From an uncultured Gammaproteobacteria bacterium (GTDB lineage Bacteria; Patescibacteriota; Microgenomatia; PFEM01; JAPLYW01), in the NCBI GenBank assembly GCA_965230945.1, contig OZ246397.1, forward strand, positions 539,925 to 603,924: a stretch of 64,000 nucleotides of DNA, written 5' to 3'. Of the stretch, positions 34,855-44,785 are shown one piece after another. Made by a program: the position numbers and the translations under genes. Each line of letters begins with the position of its first letter. Position 1 is the first letter of the stretch. Under the pieces are notes generated by a model that saw only the letters and a list, made by a program, of their open reading frames with translations, made no database searches and had not been told where the DNA came from.

Positions 34855-35117
34855 GTATGTATTAAAAATAAAGAACTGTAAGTGCTAATCATACTCTGGT
34901 AAAGCAATTGCCCCCACATTTTATTTACTTACCAATAATTTTCGCTATGAGTGTTTCCTCATACAGTAATGTGCTGTAAAAGGCTCGCTCTTCATTGTCT
35001 GGATTGGCTTCATTGCCAATCACAATCTTTTCCCTTTCTTTTTGTGCTTCTGCCAAAATGACCTCCCTTTTCTTTTTTTGTTCTTTATTTTAAAAGTGCT
35101 TTTTACTAATTAGATAA

Positions 35118-35516
35118 TTAGACCGCTATTTTTAATTTTTTCTCTATTTCTTGATATTTCTCTCTATTGAGATTGTTTTTGAGAAAATCTCCTTTATTGT
35201 TTCCGAGCGTTTTTGTGCATTGTATACAAAATGGGAAACAAAGATTTTCAACGAGATTATGATCAATCTTCCTTTTTTTACAACAAGGACAAATTCCTTT
35301 CTGAGATTCTGCAACAGCAATTGCTATTATGATTTCCTTGAGTCTTAAATTAGAAAGAAGATCTAGAGATTCTTCCATTTCTCTCGCCTTAATGTTATTA
35401 GGAGTTTCTTCCCCATCTTTTAGTCTTCTGGGCTTCTTTTTAATGCTTAATTTTTTCATTAATGCTTTCCCTTTTTCCCTCAATGAACTGATAGATCTTT
35501 CGAGTAATTCGTCCAA
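35118..35516 (-). CDS. hypothetical protein with a Cys-cluster zinc-ribbon-like motif (CPCC...CxxC...C)
   Basis: 132 aa, Lys/Glu-rich with 7 Cys near the C-terminus; the overlapping + strand ORFs are low-complexity. Confidence 0.4.
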   Translation of the reverse strand: MDELLERSISSLREKGKALMKKLSIKKKPRRLKDGEETPNNIKAREMEESLDLLSNLRLKEIIIAIAVAESQKGICPCCKKRKIDHNLVENLCFPFCIQCTKTLGNNKGDFLKNNLNREKYQEIEKKLKIAV

Positions 35517-35638
35517 TGTCTGCCTCCCTTTCTCTTTTTCTTTTTAATTAATTATCTAATTGTAAAAGAACATCTACCTGCTAAGATTTTATCCTATAAC
35601 TATAGGAATAGGTATTATTATCTAACAAGAAATTGAAT

Positions 35639-35667
35639 TTGTCAAGTTTGCTGGTAGATGGTATATT
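35639..35667 (+). promoter_or_regulatory. promoter candidate TTGTCA-N17-(TGg)TATATT
   Basis: -35 at 35639-35644, extended -10 at 35659-35667, 12 nt before the 35679 ATG. Confidence 0.3.
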
Positions 35668-35678
35668 AAGTTAAGATT

Positions 35679-36089
35679 ATGGTTGATGATAAAAAAGTTT
35701 CCCAGATTCTAAGACAGGTAAGGCAGAGAAGCGATGAGAGGTTTCCTGAAGATAAAATACCTGCCCCTGAAGGTGGTATCCTAGATAAGAATCTTTTAGA
35801 TAATTCTGAAAAAAAGAGTTCTTTAGAATCTGAACAGGAAAAAGTACAGGATGAATCTTGGGCTAAAAAAAGAATAGCTGAACTTGAGGCAGAGATAAAA
35901 AAACTAACTTATGAAAGACAGCAAGAGATGAGAGCTAGATATGAACAGAAAAAGAAGGAAGAGGAGAAAAAAGAGGCTTCAGTACCGGTAGTGGCAAGCA
36001 AACCTAAGAGAGGATTTTGGGGGCGGCGGATTAAGTCTGCTCAACAACAGACTCAGCCAGAAACGGTTGGAAGGAGAGTCAGCGGCTAA
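35679..36089 (+). CDS. hypothetical charged coiled-coil protein
   Basis: 136 aa, K/E-rich; stop overlaps the cysS start. Confidence 0.4.
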   Translation: MVDDKKVSQILRQVRQRSDERFPEDKIPAPEGGILDKNLLDNSEKKSSLESEQEKVQDESWAKKRIAELEAEIKKLTYERQQEMRARYEQKKKEEEKKEASVPVVASKPKRGFWGRRIKSAQQQTQPETVGRRVSG

Positions 36090-37477
36090 TGAGGCTTTAT
36101 AATACTGCCAGTAGAAGATTGGAAGAATTTAAGCCCATTAAAAAAGGAGAGGTGGGTATTTATTCCTGTGGCCCCACTGTTTATTGGAATCAGCATTTAG
36201 GCCATATGTATGCCTATGTGCAATGGGATGTTCTAGTTAGATTTTTTAAATATTTAGGTTACAAAACTAAATGGGTAATGAATATTACTGATGTTGGCCA
36301 TCTGACTTCTGATGAAGATAGTGGCGAAGATAAAATGGAAAAGGGAGCCAAAAGAGAAGGTCTAAATGTTTGGCAAATTGCCGAAAAGTATCTTAAACAG
36401 TTTTTAGAAAGTTTAAAACTTCTAAATATTCAAAAACCAGATGTTTTATCTAAAGCTACCGGTCACATTCAAGAACAAATAGATCTTATTAAAAAAATAG
36501 AGAAAAATGGTTTTACTTATAAAACCAAGACAGGTCTTGTTTTTGGTACTTCCAAGTTTACTGGTTATGCTAAGTTTGCCAAATTGAATTTAGAAAAACT
36601 TAAGATTGGCAAAAGAGTAAAAGTTGATAAAGAAAAAAAACAACCTTGGGACTTTCTTTTATGGGTAACTAATCAACCTCAGCATGTTATGCAGTGGGAT
36701 AGCCCTTGGGGACGAGGCTTCCCAGGTTGGCATATTGAATGTACGGCCATGTCAACCAAATATCTGGGAGAAAGATTTGATATTCACACTGGTGGCGTTG
36801 AGCATATTCCCGTTCATCATACTAATGAGATTGCTCAAGCTTATGGAGCTTTTGGTCACCAAGCGGTTAATTATTGGCTTCATAACGAATGGTTGGTTTT
36901 TGCAGGAGAAAAAATGAGTAAAAGCTTGGGTAAGAGTATTTTAGCAATGGATTTGATTAAAAAAGGTTATGACCCTTTAGCCTTTAGATATTTAATTTTA
37001 AATTCTCATTATCGAGGTGGACTTAATTTTACCTGGAAGTCTTTACGGGGTGCCCAAACAGCCCTCAATAGACTAAAGGCGATCATTACCGAATTAAAGA
37101 AAGATAAAGAAGGGAATTCTTCGGACAAGAAAGAAGAGGTCTTTAAAGAGAAATTTTTAGAGGTGATGAATGATGATCTTAATATTCCTCAGGCTTTGGC
37201 TTTAGTTTGGGAAGTTTTAAGATCTGATCTTAGCTCTTCTGCGAAGCTGAAGTTGGCCTTAGATTTTGATCAGGTTTTAGGATTGGATCTTGATAAGCAA
37301 ACAGCCAAGAAATTAATAGTTCCTGAAAAGATAAAGAAATTATTAAAGGAAAGAAATAAGCTAAGAGGAAAAAAAGATTGGCAAAAAGCAGATGAAGTTC
37401 GTAAACAAATAGAAGAATTAGGTTGGGTACTCAAGGACACCACCAAAGGAACGATAGTAGAAAAGAAATTTAATTGA
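36089..37477 (+). CDS. cysS: Cysteinyl-tRNA synthetase
   Basis: Class I HLGH (HIGH variant), KMSKS, zinc-binding Cys (CGPTVYW), C-terminal DALR-like domain. Confidence 0.9.
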   Translation: MRLYNTASRRLEEFKPIKKGEVGIYSCGPTVYWNQHLGHMYAYVQWDVLVRFFKYLGYKTKWVMNITDVGHLTSDEDSGEDKMEKGAKREGLNVWQIAEKYLKQFLESLKLLNIQKPDVLSKATGHIQEQIDLIKKIEKNGFTYKTKTGLVFGTSKFTGYAKFAKLNLEKLKIGKRVKVDKEKKQPWDFLLWVTNQPQHVMQWDSPWGRGFPGWHIECTAMSTKYLGERFDIHTGGVEHIPVHHTNEIAQAYGAFGHQAVNYWLHNEWLVFAGEKMSKSLGKSILAMDLIKKGYDPLAFRYLILNSHYRGGLNFTWKSLRGAQTALNRLKAIITELKKDKEGNSSDKKEEVFKEKFLEVMNDDLNIPQALALVWEVLRSDLSSSAKLKLALDFDQVLGLDLDKQTAKKLIVPEKIKKLLKERNKLRGKKDWQKADEVRKQIEELGWVLKDTTKGTIVEKKFN

Positions 37478-37504
37478 TCAAATTAATAGCTTTAAATATT
37501 TAAA

Positions 37505-38155
37505 GTGAAAAAGGTAACTTTAATATTAATATCGGTAGTGACAATTTTGTTTTTAACTAATCTAGTTGCTTTGGATGTTGGTTGGCTGAAAGCAAGAAGG
37601 GGTCAGGATTTAGCAAAAGGATCAGCTAAAGTTGTTTCCGATTCTGTTTTACTGCCAACGCCCCTAGTTGAAAGCTGTGGCCTCGCTTGTCAGCAATTGA
37701 TTGATGACAAAATTTCCCAGGCTATTTCTACTGTTTCTGGCAAAGAAACAATTAGAGAAACCAAGGTGGTAGAAAAAAGCACTTCTCAGCCTCAAGTGGT
37801 TTATATCCCTTTAGGTGGCGGTGGCTCAACGACTAATAGAGATTGGGCAGATGTTGGTAATGCTGAAGTTTATTTAAATATTAACGATTATCCTAATTTA
37901 GATAGAGCTTACTTTGAGGGTTTTATTAAAGTGAAACATGGTAATGGTAAGGTTTACGCTCGTCTTTATGACGTTACTCATAGTATTGGAGTGCAGGGAG
38001 GAGAGATATCCTCAGATAGCGAAACCTTTACTTTAGTTGAATCAGGTTCTTTAAATTTTTGGCAGGGTAAAAACCTTTATCGGGTCCAGGTTAAATCTTT
38101 AAACGGGTATGAAGCCTTTTTTGATTCAGGCAGGATTAGAATTATTTTAAATTAG
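37505..38155 (+). CDS. hypothetical secreted protein
   Basis: Signal/TM, 216 aa. Confidence 0.45.
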   Translation: MKKVTLILISVVTILFLTNLVALDVGWLKARRGQDLAKGSAKVVSDSVLLPTPLVESCGLACQQLIDDKISQAISTVSGKETIRETKVVEKSTSQPQVVYIPLGGGGSTTNRDWADVGNAEVYLNINDYPNLDRAYFEGFIKVKHGNGKVYARLYDVTHSIGVQGGEISSDSETFTLVESGSLNFWQGKNLYRVQVKSLNGYEAFFDSGRIRIILN

Positions 38156-38232
38156 TTGACTTTTAAAGGGCAGAAGAGTATCTTAGAATCAAACTGCCCA
38201 AGAGGCAGTTTTGTAATTTTTATGAGATTTTT

Positions 38233-38628
38233 ATGAAAGCAGAAACATTAAGAAAAGAAAGACCAGATTTCGGTTCTTATTTCCAAGAAAAGATATTTTT
38301 GGTTAAAGAGGTAAAGATCCTGCCTGTTATAAAAAAGGTCTTTAAGAAAGCAAGGGAGGATTATCTTTTTGAGGAAACTAAGGCTGACAAGGGTAAATTG
38401 ATAATGGATATTACATGGGGGGAGGAGAACAATTTTTGTAATGTCTTTTTTATCACTGCTGACTTGGAAGAAAGAAAAATAAAGATTTCCGGGCTTAATC
38501 CCTGCGAGTTAGAAGAAAAAGAATGGAAAGATAAAGACATTTTAGAAGCAAAAATAAAAGAGGCCTTTAGTCAGCCGGTAAAAAGGTCAAAAGTACCCTT
38601 TGACGAGTATTTAAAATGGATAGGTTAA
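38233..38628 (+). CDS. hypothetical protein
   Basis: 131 aa with no recognised motif; two hairpins (AACATT/AATGTT and CAAGAT/ATCTTG) lie downstream. Confidence 0.4.
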   Translation: MKAETLRKERPDFGSYFQEKIFLVKEVKILPVIKKVFKKAREDYLFEETKADKGKLIMDITWGEENNFCNVFFITADLEERKIKISGLNPCELEEKEWKDKDILEAKIKEAFSQPVKRSKVPFDEYLKWIG

Positions 38629-38730
38629 AAAAGTGGAAAAAAACGAACATTAAGCTTTGAATGTTAAAAAGGCAAGATCTTTTTATCTTGTCTTAAGCTA
38701 TACTAAGTCTTGTTTCTCTTCTTTGTTTTA

Positions 38731-38739
38731 TGCTATACT
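38731..38739 (+). promoter_or_regulatory. extended -10 TGcTATACT of the rpsF-ssb-rpsR operon
   Basis: 20 nt upstream of the rpsF ATG with an AGGT SD in between; the same 9-mer occurs at 23901-23909. Confidence 0.35.
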
Positions 38740-38758
38740 CAACTCCAGGTAAAGTGTT

Positions 38759-39046
38759 ATGCGTGACTACGAATTGACTTTGGTGATTGATCCGGATTTG
38801 ACTTCGGAAAATCAAAAAAAATTAATAAATAAAGTTAAAAAATTTGTTGAAGACATAAAAGGCAAGGTGGAGAAGATTGATGATTGGGGAAAGAAGGAAT
38901 TGGCGTACCCCATAAAAAAGAAAAATATGGGGTCTTATTTTTTGTGTCAGATAAACTTACCTGAAGATGGGGTTGATAAATTAGATAAAAAGCTTAAAGT
39001 AGAAGAAGAGATTATTAGATTTTTACAAGTAAAAAAAGAAAAATAG
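38759..39046 (+). CDS. rpsF: 30S ribosomal protein S6
   Basis: MRDYELTLVIDPDL... 95 aa. Confidence 0.85.
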   Translation: MRDYELTLVIDPDLTSENQKKLINKVKKFVEDIKGKVEKIDDWGKKELAYPIKKKNMGSYFLCQINLPEDGVDKLDKKLKVEEEIIRFLQVKKEK

Positions 39047-39091
39047 TTCTTATTTAATTATTTATATTCTAAAAAGAAAGAGGACTAAAAA

Positions 39092-39682
39092 ATGTCAGCA
39101 CGTTCATTAAACAAAGCCCAACTTATCGGTAATCTAACCCGTGATCCTGAATTACGTTATACTCCTCAGGGAACAGCTGTTTGTACTTTTGGTTTGGCTA
39201 CTAATCGTACTTGGACTACTGAGAGTAATGAAAAGAAGGAAGATACCCAGTTTCATCGTATTGTTGCCTGGAATAAGTTGGCCGAGCTTTGCTCACAACT
39301 TCTTTTTAAAGGAAGAAAGGTTTTCGTTGAAGGTCGCCTTCAGACTAGAGAGTGGACCGGCAAGGACGGAGTTGCTCGGCAGACAACTGAGGTGGTTATT
39401 ACCGAGATGATCATTTTAGATTCTAAAAGAGCTCCTAGTGAAGAAGCTGTAGAAACTCAAATTGGTCAAGAAGCTAAGGTAGCTCCAACAGGAGAGGTTA
39501 TAGTAGGAGCTGTTGAACCTGCTGGAACTAGTGAAGAAGTTCCAGAGGAAAAGAAAGCTTCAGGTAAAAAAGCCGCCAGTTCAAGCTCTAAAACAGCCGA
39601 AGCTGAGGAAAAAAAGGTAAAGGAAGAGACTAAGGAAGAAGCTGAATCTAACGAGGTGAAGCCTGAAGATATTCCCTTTTAA
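39092..39682 (+). CDS. ssb: Single-stranded DNA-binding protein
   Basis: OB fold (LIGNLTRDPELRYTPQG), acidic tail ending DIPF. Confidence 0.9.
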   Translation: MSARSLNKAQLIGNLTRDPELRYTPQGTAVCTFGLATNRTWTTESNEKKEDTQFHRIVAWNKLAELCSQLLFKGRKVFVEGRLQTREWTGKDGVARQTTEVVITEMIILDSKRAPSEEAVETQIGQEAKVAPTGEVIVGAVEPAGTSEEVPEEKKASGKKAASSSSKTAEAEEKKVKEETKEEAESNEVKPEDIPF

Positions 39683-39705
39683 AAAGCTTTTTAATTTAAA
39701 ACAGA

Positions 39706-39909
39706 ATGGAAAATAGTTGTTCATTTTGTCAATCAGGCAAGAATCCTGATTACAAAAATTTTAACGAATTAAAGAATTTTATTTCCGATCAAGGAAAAAT
39801 TCAAAAGCATTTGCGGACAAATGTTTGTGCTAAGCATCAGCGGAAGCTTGCTAAAGCTATTAAACGATCTAGATTCTTAGCCTTGCTTCCGTTTTCAACC
39901 CGTGTTTAA
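39706..39909 (+). CDS. rpsR: 30S ribosomal protein S18
   Basis: 67 aa, CSFC...DYKN...LRKFISDQGKI-like. Confidence 0.85.
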   Translation: MENSCSFCQSGKNPDYKNFNELKNFISDQGKIQKHLRTNVCAKHQRKLAKAIKRSRFLALLPFSTRV

Positions 39910-41137
39910 AATGAGGGTTAAGTTGAATTTACGTTCTGCCAGATTAATAATTTTTGTTTTTTTACTAACTGCCATTTCCGGTGGTTTAGGTTTTTTCTTA
40001 GGTACTCATCGAGTTAAGGTAGAGCTTGCCAAATTTCCTTCTCTAAAAATTGAAAGAAAAGTTCCCCAAGATAAACAAGAAGTTGATTTTTCTTTGTTTT
40101 GGGATGTTTGGGACAGATTAGAAAAAGACTATCTTGATAAAAATGCTCTTGATCCATCTGAGATGATTTATGGGGCTATTCGGGGAATGGTAGCTTCCTT
40201 AGGTGATCCTTACACCGTCTTTTTAAAACCCCCAGAGAAAAAGGAGGTAAAAGAAGATCTTAATGGGGCTTTTGAAGGCATTGGTATTCAGTTAGGTTAT
40301 CAGGATGAACAAATGGCGGTTATTGCTCCGCTTTCGGGCACGCCTGCTTTTAAAGCCGGGCTTAAAGCGGGTGACCTCATTTTGAAAATCAATGATCAAC
40401 CAACTAATAATATCTCTCTACCTGAGGCAGTTCGTTTAATCCGTGGTCCTAAAGGAACAGAGATTGTTTTGACTTTACTTCATAAAGGAGAGACGGATCC
40501 TTACAAGGCTAAAATCATTAGAGATACGATTATTGTTCCCAGTGTGAAGGTTGAATTTATAGGCGATAAAGAAGATATCGCTCACTTAAAACTTCTAAAA
40601 TTTGGTGATCGTACCTCTGGAGAATGGCATCAAGCCATTTCAGATATTCTTGCTCATGACCCTCAAGTTAAAGGTATTATCCTTGATGTTCGCAACAATC
40701 CTGGTGGTTATCTTTCCGGCTCTGTTTTTATTGCTTCAGAGTTTTTAACTTCAGGAGTGATAGTCCAGCAGGAATACAATGGAGGGGAGAAGAAAGAGAC
40801 TTTTTCTGTTAATAGGGCAGGTAAATTAACTACACAGCCTTTGGTAGTTTTGATTAATAAAGGTAGTGCTTCGGCATCAGAGATTGTGGCGGGGGCTTTG
40901 CAAGATTACAAACGAGCTACCATTGTGGGCGAGAAAAGCTTTGGTAAGGGAACAATTCAAGAAGCCCAGGACTTGCCTGGAGATACCGGGCTACATATTA
41001 CCACCGCGCGTTGGTTACTGCCTTTAGGCTCATCGATTAATAAGATAGGAGTGACTCCTGACAATGAAATAGCAGATAATCTAGAGACAGAAGATATTGA
41101 CGAACAACTGCAAAAGGCCATAGAGTTATTAGAATGA
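39902..41137 (+). CDS. ctpA: C-terminal processing peptidase (S41, CtpA/Prc-like) with a PDZ domain
   Basis: PDZ GIGIQLG...GDLILKIND; catalytic-region motifs INKGSASASEIVAGALQD and FGKGTIQ. Confidence 0.8.
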   Translation: MFKMRVKLNLRSARLIIFVFLLTAISGGLGFFLGTHRVKVELAKFPSLKIERKVPQDKQEVDFSLFWDVWDRLEKDYLDKNALDPSEMIYGAIRGMVASLGDPYTVFLKPPEKKEVKEDLNGAFEGIGIQLGYQDEQMAVIAPLSGTPAFKAGLKAGDLILKINDQPTNNISLPEAVRLIRGPKGTEIVLTLLHKGETDPYKAKIIRDTIIVPSVKVEFIGDKEDIAHLKLLKFGDRTSGEWHQAISDILAHDPQVKGIILDVRNNPGGYLSGSVFIASEFLTSGVIVQQEYNGGEKKETFSVNRAGKLTTQPLVVLINKGSASASEIVAGALQDYKRATIVGEKSFGKGTIQEAQDLPGDTGLHITTARWLLPLGSSINKIGVTPDNEIADNLETEDIDEQLQKAIELLE

Positions 41138-42315
41138 ATACCAAAGTAATTGACAGAATAAAAAAGATTATTATTGGTGTTGCTGTTGCCGTTGTCGTTT
41201 TGTCCTCTATTGTCGGGGGAGCCATTTCCGATCGTTTGTTTGGCTATAGAATTCTTGATCGCTTCTTTCCCAGATCAGAGACAATACCTGCTCTGACTTC
41301 ACGGTTAATATTAACTGAAGAATCAGTAGTTATTGATGTTGTCGAAAAAGCAGGACCTTCGGTAGTGACCATTGTTATTGAAAAAGAGCAGAAAGAAATA
41401 TCTCCCTTTGCCATTGAATTTGGCCCTTTTGGTTTAAACATTCCTGAAGTTGAAACAGAGACCAAACAAATTAAAGAAAATATTGGCACCGGTTTTATCA
41501 TTTCCCAAGATGGTTTAATTGTTACCAATAAACATGTGGTCATTAACAAAGAAGCCAAATATAAAGTTCTTACTAAGGATGATAAAGAATATGAAGTAAG
41601 TAAGATTTATCGTGATCCGGTAAATGATTTGGCTATTTTAAAACTTGATGGGGCAGTAAATCTCCAGCCAATAAAGATGGGTGATTCTGACAAATTAAAA
41701 GTGGGGCAGTTTGTTATTACTATTGGTACCGCTTTAGGAGAATTTAAAAACACAGTGACGACGGGAGTTATCTCAGGATTAGGTAGAGGTATTACGGCGG
41801 GTTCAGCATTTGAAGGTTTTGTTGAGCGTTTAGATAATGTTATTCAGACTGATGCCGCCATTAATCCTGGTAATTCAGGGGGTCCGCTCTTAAATTCAAT
41901 TGGACAGGTTATTGGTATTAATGTCGCCATTGCCGCCCAAGGACAAAATATTAGTTTTGCTATTCCTATTAATACTATTAAAGAAGCCATTGAGAATTTT
42001 AACAGAACTGGCAAGTTTGAAAGAGCGTTCTTAGGTATCCGTTACCGTTTAATTAGTCGTGATATCGCCTTGATGAATGATGTTCCTCAGGGAGTCTATG
42101 TGGTGGAAGTTATTTCAGGTTCGGCAGCTGATGAAGCTGATATTAAGGTGGGAGATATCATTACTGAGTTTGATGACCAAAAGATTAGAGAAGAGGAGAA
42201 GACTTTAGCAGAGCTGATCTCTAAAAAGAAGATTGGTGATACGGTTAAGCTAAAGATCTGGCGAGATGGACAAGAGCTAGAAAAGAAGGTTGTTTTACAA
42301 GGTTATGTAGAATAG
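41134..42315 (+). CDS. htrA: HtrA/DegP-family serine protease with a PDZ domain
   Basis: Trypsin-fold His (TNKHVV), Asp (NDLAILK), Ser GNSGGPLLN; C-terminal PDZ. Confidence 0.8.
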   Translation: MNTKVIDRIKKIIIGVAVAVVVLSSIVGGAISDRLFGYRILDRFFPRSETIPALTSRLILTEESVVIDVVEKAGPSVVTIVIEKEQKEISPFAIEFGPFGLNIPEVETETKQIKENIGTGFIISQDGLIVTNKHVVINKEAKYKVLTKDDKEYEVSKIYRDPVNDLAILKLDGAVNLQPIKMGDSDKLKVGQFVITIGTALGEFKNTVTTGVISGLGRGITAGSAFEGFVERLDNVIQTDAAINPGNSGGPLLNSIGQVIGINVAIAAQGQNISFAIPINTIKEAIENFNRTGKFERAFLGIRYRLISRDIALMNDVPQGVYVVEVISGSAADEADIKVGDIITEFDDQKIREEEKTLAELISKKKIGDTVKLKIWRDGQELEKKVVLQGYVE

Positions 42316-42317
42316 CT

Positions 42318-43031
42318 TTAGTTCTGAAACTTTTTAAGAATTTTATCCAAGTTACCGTTTAAAATACTTTCTAAGTTATGGAAAGATTTTTTGAGTCTGT
42401 GGTCTGTGATTCTGTCTTGGGGGAAATTATAAGTTCTTATCTTTTCCGCCCTCATACCTCGGCCGATAAAGGAGCGATAACCGGAAATGGTGGATTCTTT
42501 TTTCAGTTCTTCTTGTTCCCAAAGTTTAGATCTTAATAATTCTAAGGCGATTTGGCGATTTTGTTCTTGAGATCTTTCTTGTTCACAAACAACTACGGTA
42601 TTTGTTGGTTTATGAATCAAGCGTACGGCACTGGAAACTTTCTGTACATTTTGACCACCCTGAGATGAGGCTCTAAAAAACTGCCATTCTAAATTAGCGG
42701 GATTGATTTTTATCTGACTTTCACTAATTTCTGGTAAAACAGCCACCGTAGCCGTGGAGGTGTGAATTCGTCCATATCTTTCTGTTTTAGGGATTCGCTG
42801 GACTCGGTGTACTCCAGCTTCGTTTTTTAAAAGTTCAAAGCTATCTTTTCCCTTGATACGTAAGGTTGCATTGCCGATCAGTTGTGTTTGCCAGTTTTGT
42901 TTTTCAGCAAAGCGTAAATACATTCTCAATAAATCTTGAGCCCAGATTTTAGCTTCATCACCGCCGGCAGCGGCCCTAATTTCTAAAAGAGCACGATCTT
43001 TATTAAATAATGGTGAACTTGATTGATCCAT
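42318..43031 (-). CDS. prfA: Peptide chain release factor 1-like protein lacking N-terminal domain 1 (237 aa; domains 2-4 only)
   Basis: GVHRVQRIPKTE (PxT codon-recognition tripeptide, RF1-type), GGQ (SSQGGQNVQK), C-terminal RTYNFPQDRITDHR. Begins 8 nt after the rpmE stop, leaving no room for domain 1. Confidence 0.7.
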   Translation of the reverse strand: MDQSSSPLFNKDRALLEIRAAAGGDEAKIWAQDLLRMYLRFAEKQNWQTQLIGNATLRIKGKDSFELLKNEAGVHRVQRIPKTERYGRIHTSTATVAVLPEISESQIKINPANLEWQFFRASSQGGQNVQKVSSAVRLIHKPTNTVVVCEQERSQEQNRQIALELLRSKLWEQEELKKESTISGYRSFIGRGMRAEKIRTYNFPQDRITDHRLKKSFHNLESILNGNLDKILKKFQN

Positions 43032-43039
43032 GGAGATAA

Positions 43040-43327
43040 TTATTTGTCTAACATTTCTTTTAGGCTTTTAGGACGAGTTGTTTTAGCCTCTTTGACTTTT
43101 TCTTTTCTCTTATGAGGAGTGCTTTTAACGGCCTCTTGTTTGGCTTTGAATTTTTCAATACGGCCTTTAGTATCAACAAACTTCATTTCTCCGGTAAAGA
43201 AGGGATGGCAAGCAGAACAAATCTCAACATGAATGTTGGGTTTGGTTGAACCCACGGTGAAACTAGACCCGCAGGCACAGGTTACTTTTGCATCTGGATA
43301 CCAGGCAGGATGAATACCTTTTTTCAT
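43040..43327 (-). CDS. rpmE: 50S ribosomal protein L31 with a basic C-terminal extension
   Basis: [10 protein letters not shown]...CxxC...[10 protein letters not shown]. Confidence 0.85.
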   Translation of the reverse strand: MKKGIHPAWYPDAKVTCACGSSFTVGSTKPNIHVEICSACHPFFTGEMKFVDTKGRIEKFKAKQEAVKSTPHKRKEKVKEAKTTRPKSLKEMLDK

Positions 43328-43411
43328 GCCTAAATTTTACCATAAAAAAATCTACCTCACAAGGTAGAATTAGGTGTTGTTTTTTTATCTTTTGCTTTCT
43401 ACAATTAGGTT

Positions 43412-44785
43412 ATGAAGATAGATGAAAGTATTTTTAAAAGCTACGATATCCGCGGTGTTTTTCCTGAACAGTTAAATTATGAAATTGCTTTGGCTATTGG
43501 TAGGGCTTTTGCCGATTTGATAACTGACCCTGGTCCGATTGCTGTGGGACGAGACATGCGCCTCTCTTCGCCTGAATTAACAAAGGCAGTTATAGAAGGG
43601 ATTACCATGCAAGGTAGGGATGTAGTTGATTTAGGTTTGATTACAACAGACATGATTTATTTTGCTGTTGGTAACTATTCTTTTACAGGGGGAGTGATGG
43701 TTACCGCCTCTCATAATTCTCCAGAGTACAATGGTTTTAAGCTTTGTAAGGAAAATGCCTTTCCAGTAAGTGGTGAGGGTGGCCTTTATAAAATGAGGGA
43801 TAATATTTCAAAGGATAATTTTAAGAAAGTAGATAAAAAAGGCAAGGTGAGTAAAAAAGCTACTTTATCTGATTGGCTAGATCATGCTTTATCTTTTATT
43901 AATCCTCAAGATATCAGACCACTAAAGCTGGTTGTTGATGCCGGCAACGGCATGGCCAGCATTTTATTTGAGGGGTTAAAGAAAAAATTGCCATTAGATA
44001 TAGTTCCTCTTTATTTTGAATTAGATGGTTCTTTCCCCAATCATTTACCTGCTCCTTTGGTGCCTGAGAATTTGAAAGATGCGCAAAGGGAGGTTTTGGA
44101 GGAGAAAGCTGATTTAGGTTTGGTTTTTGATGGTGATGGAGACAGGGTTGTTTTAATAGATGAAAGAGGAGAAGCCTTGCGGGGGACAGTTGTGACGGCC
44201 ATGTTGGCGGAGGTTTTCCTAAATAAATCTAAAGGAGCGACTATTTTGTACAACGCTATTTGTGGCTGGATTGTGCCGGAGGTAATTAAAAGGAATGGGG
44301 GAAAGGGGATAAGAGTGCCGGTAGGCCATTCTCTAATCAAAGAAAATATGAGAAAGTATGATGCTTTGTTTGCCGGAGAACATTCCGGTCATTATTTCTT
44401 TAAGGATAATTGGTATGCTGATAGTGCCCTTATTACTGCCTTGATTGCCTTAGAAATTATTTCTTTTTCTGATAAGACTTTGTCTGGAATAGCCTCTGAA
44501 TTTGATAAATATTATGCCAGTGGGGAACTTAATTTTAAGGTTAAAGATAAAGAAAAGGTAATGAATGGAGTAGAGAATCTTTATAAGGAGAAAGCGGAGT
44601 CTGTCGATAAGATTGATGGCGTTAGTCTTTGGTTTAAAGATTGGTGGTTTAATATTCGCCCTTCTAATACACAACCATTTTTGCGTTTAAATATTGAGGC
44701 TAAAGAAGAAGATTTACTTAACAAGGCCAAGAAGGAATTGGTCGATTTTATCCAAAGATACGGTACTTTGCTCGCGGGTGAGTAG
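43412..44785 (+). CDS. Phosphoglucomutase/phosphomannomutase family protein
   Basis: Phosphoserine loop TASHNSPEYNGFK, metal-binding DGDGDR. Confidence 0.8.
   Translation: MKIDESIFKSYDIRGVFPEQLNYEIALAIGRAFADLITDPGPIAVGRDMRLSSPELTKAVIEGITMQGRDVVDLGLITTDMIYFAVGNYSFTGGVMVTASHNSPEYNGFKLCKENAFPVSGEGGLYKMRDNISKDNFKKVDKKGKVSKKATLSDWLDHALSFINPQDIRPLKLVVDAGNGMASILFEGLKKKLPLDIVPLYFELDGSFPNHLPAPLVPENLKDAQREVLEEKADLGLVFDGDGDRVVLIDERGEALRGTVVTAMLAEVFLNKSKGATILYNAICGWIVPEVIKRNGGKGIRVPVGHSLIKENMRKYDALFAGEHSGHYFFKDNWYADSALITALIALEIISFSDKTLSGIASEFDKYYASGELNFKVKDKEKVMNGVENLYKEKAESVDKIDGVSLWFKDWWFNIRPSNTQPFLRLNIEAKEEDLLNKAKKELVDFIQRYGTLLAGE

Noticed and set aside
35151-35547. + strand ORFs 35151..35348 and 35329..35547
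   Set aside because: They overlap the minus-strand 132-aa ORF, which has a Cys-cluster zinc-ribbon motif and sensible composition. The + frames are Phe/Leu/Ser-rich low-complexity sequence. The choice remains uncertain.
42318-43031. UGA recoding / alternative genetic code as an explanation for the odd release factor
   Set aside because: TGA is used as a normal stop (for example topA at 9738-9740) and all conserved genes translate full-length with the standard code.
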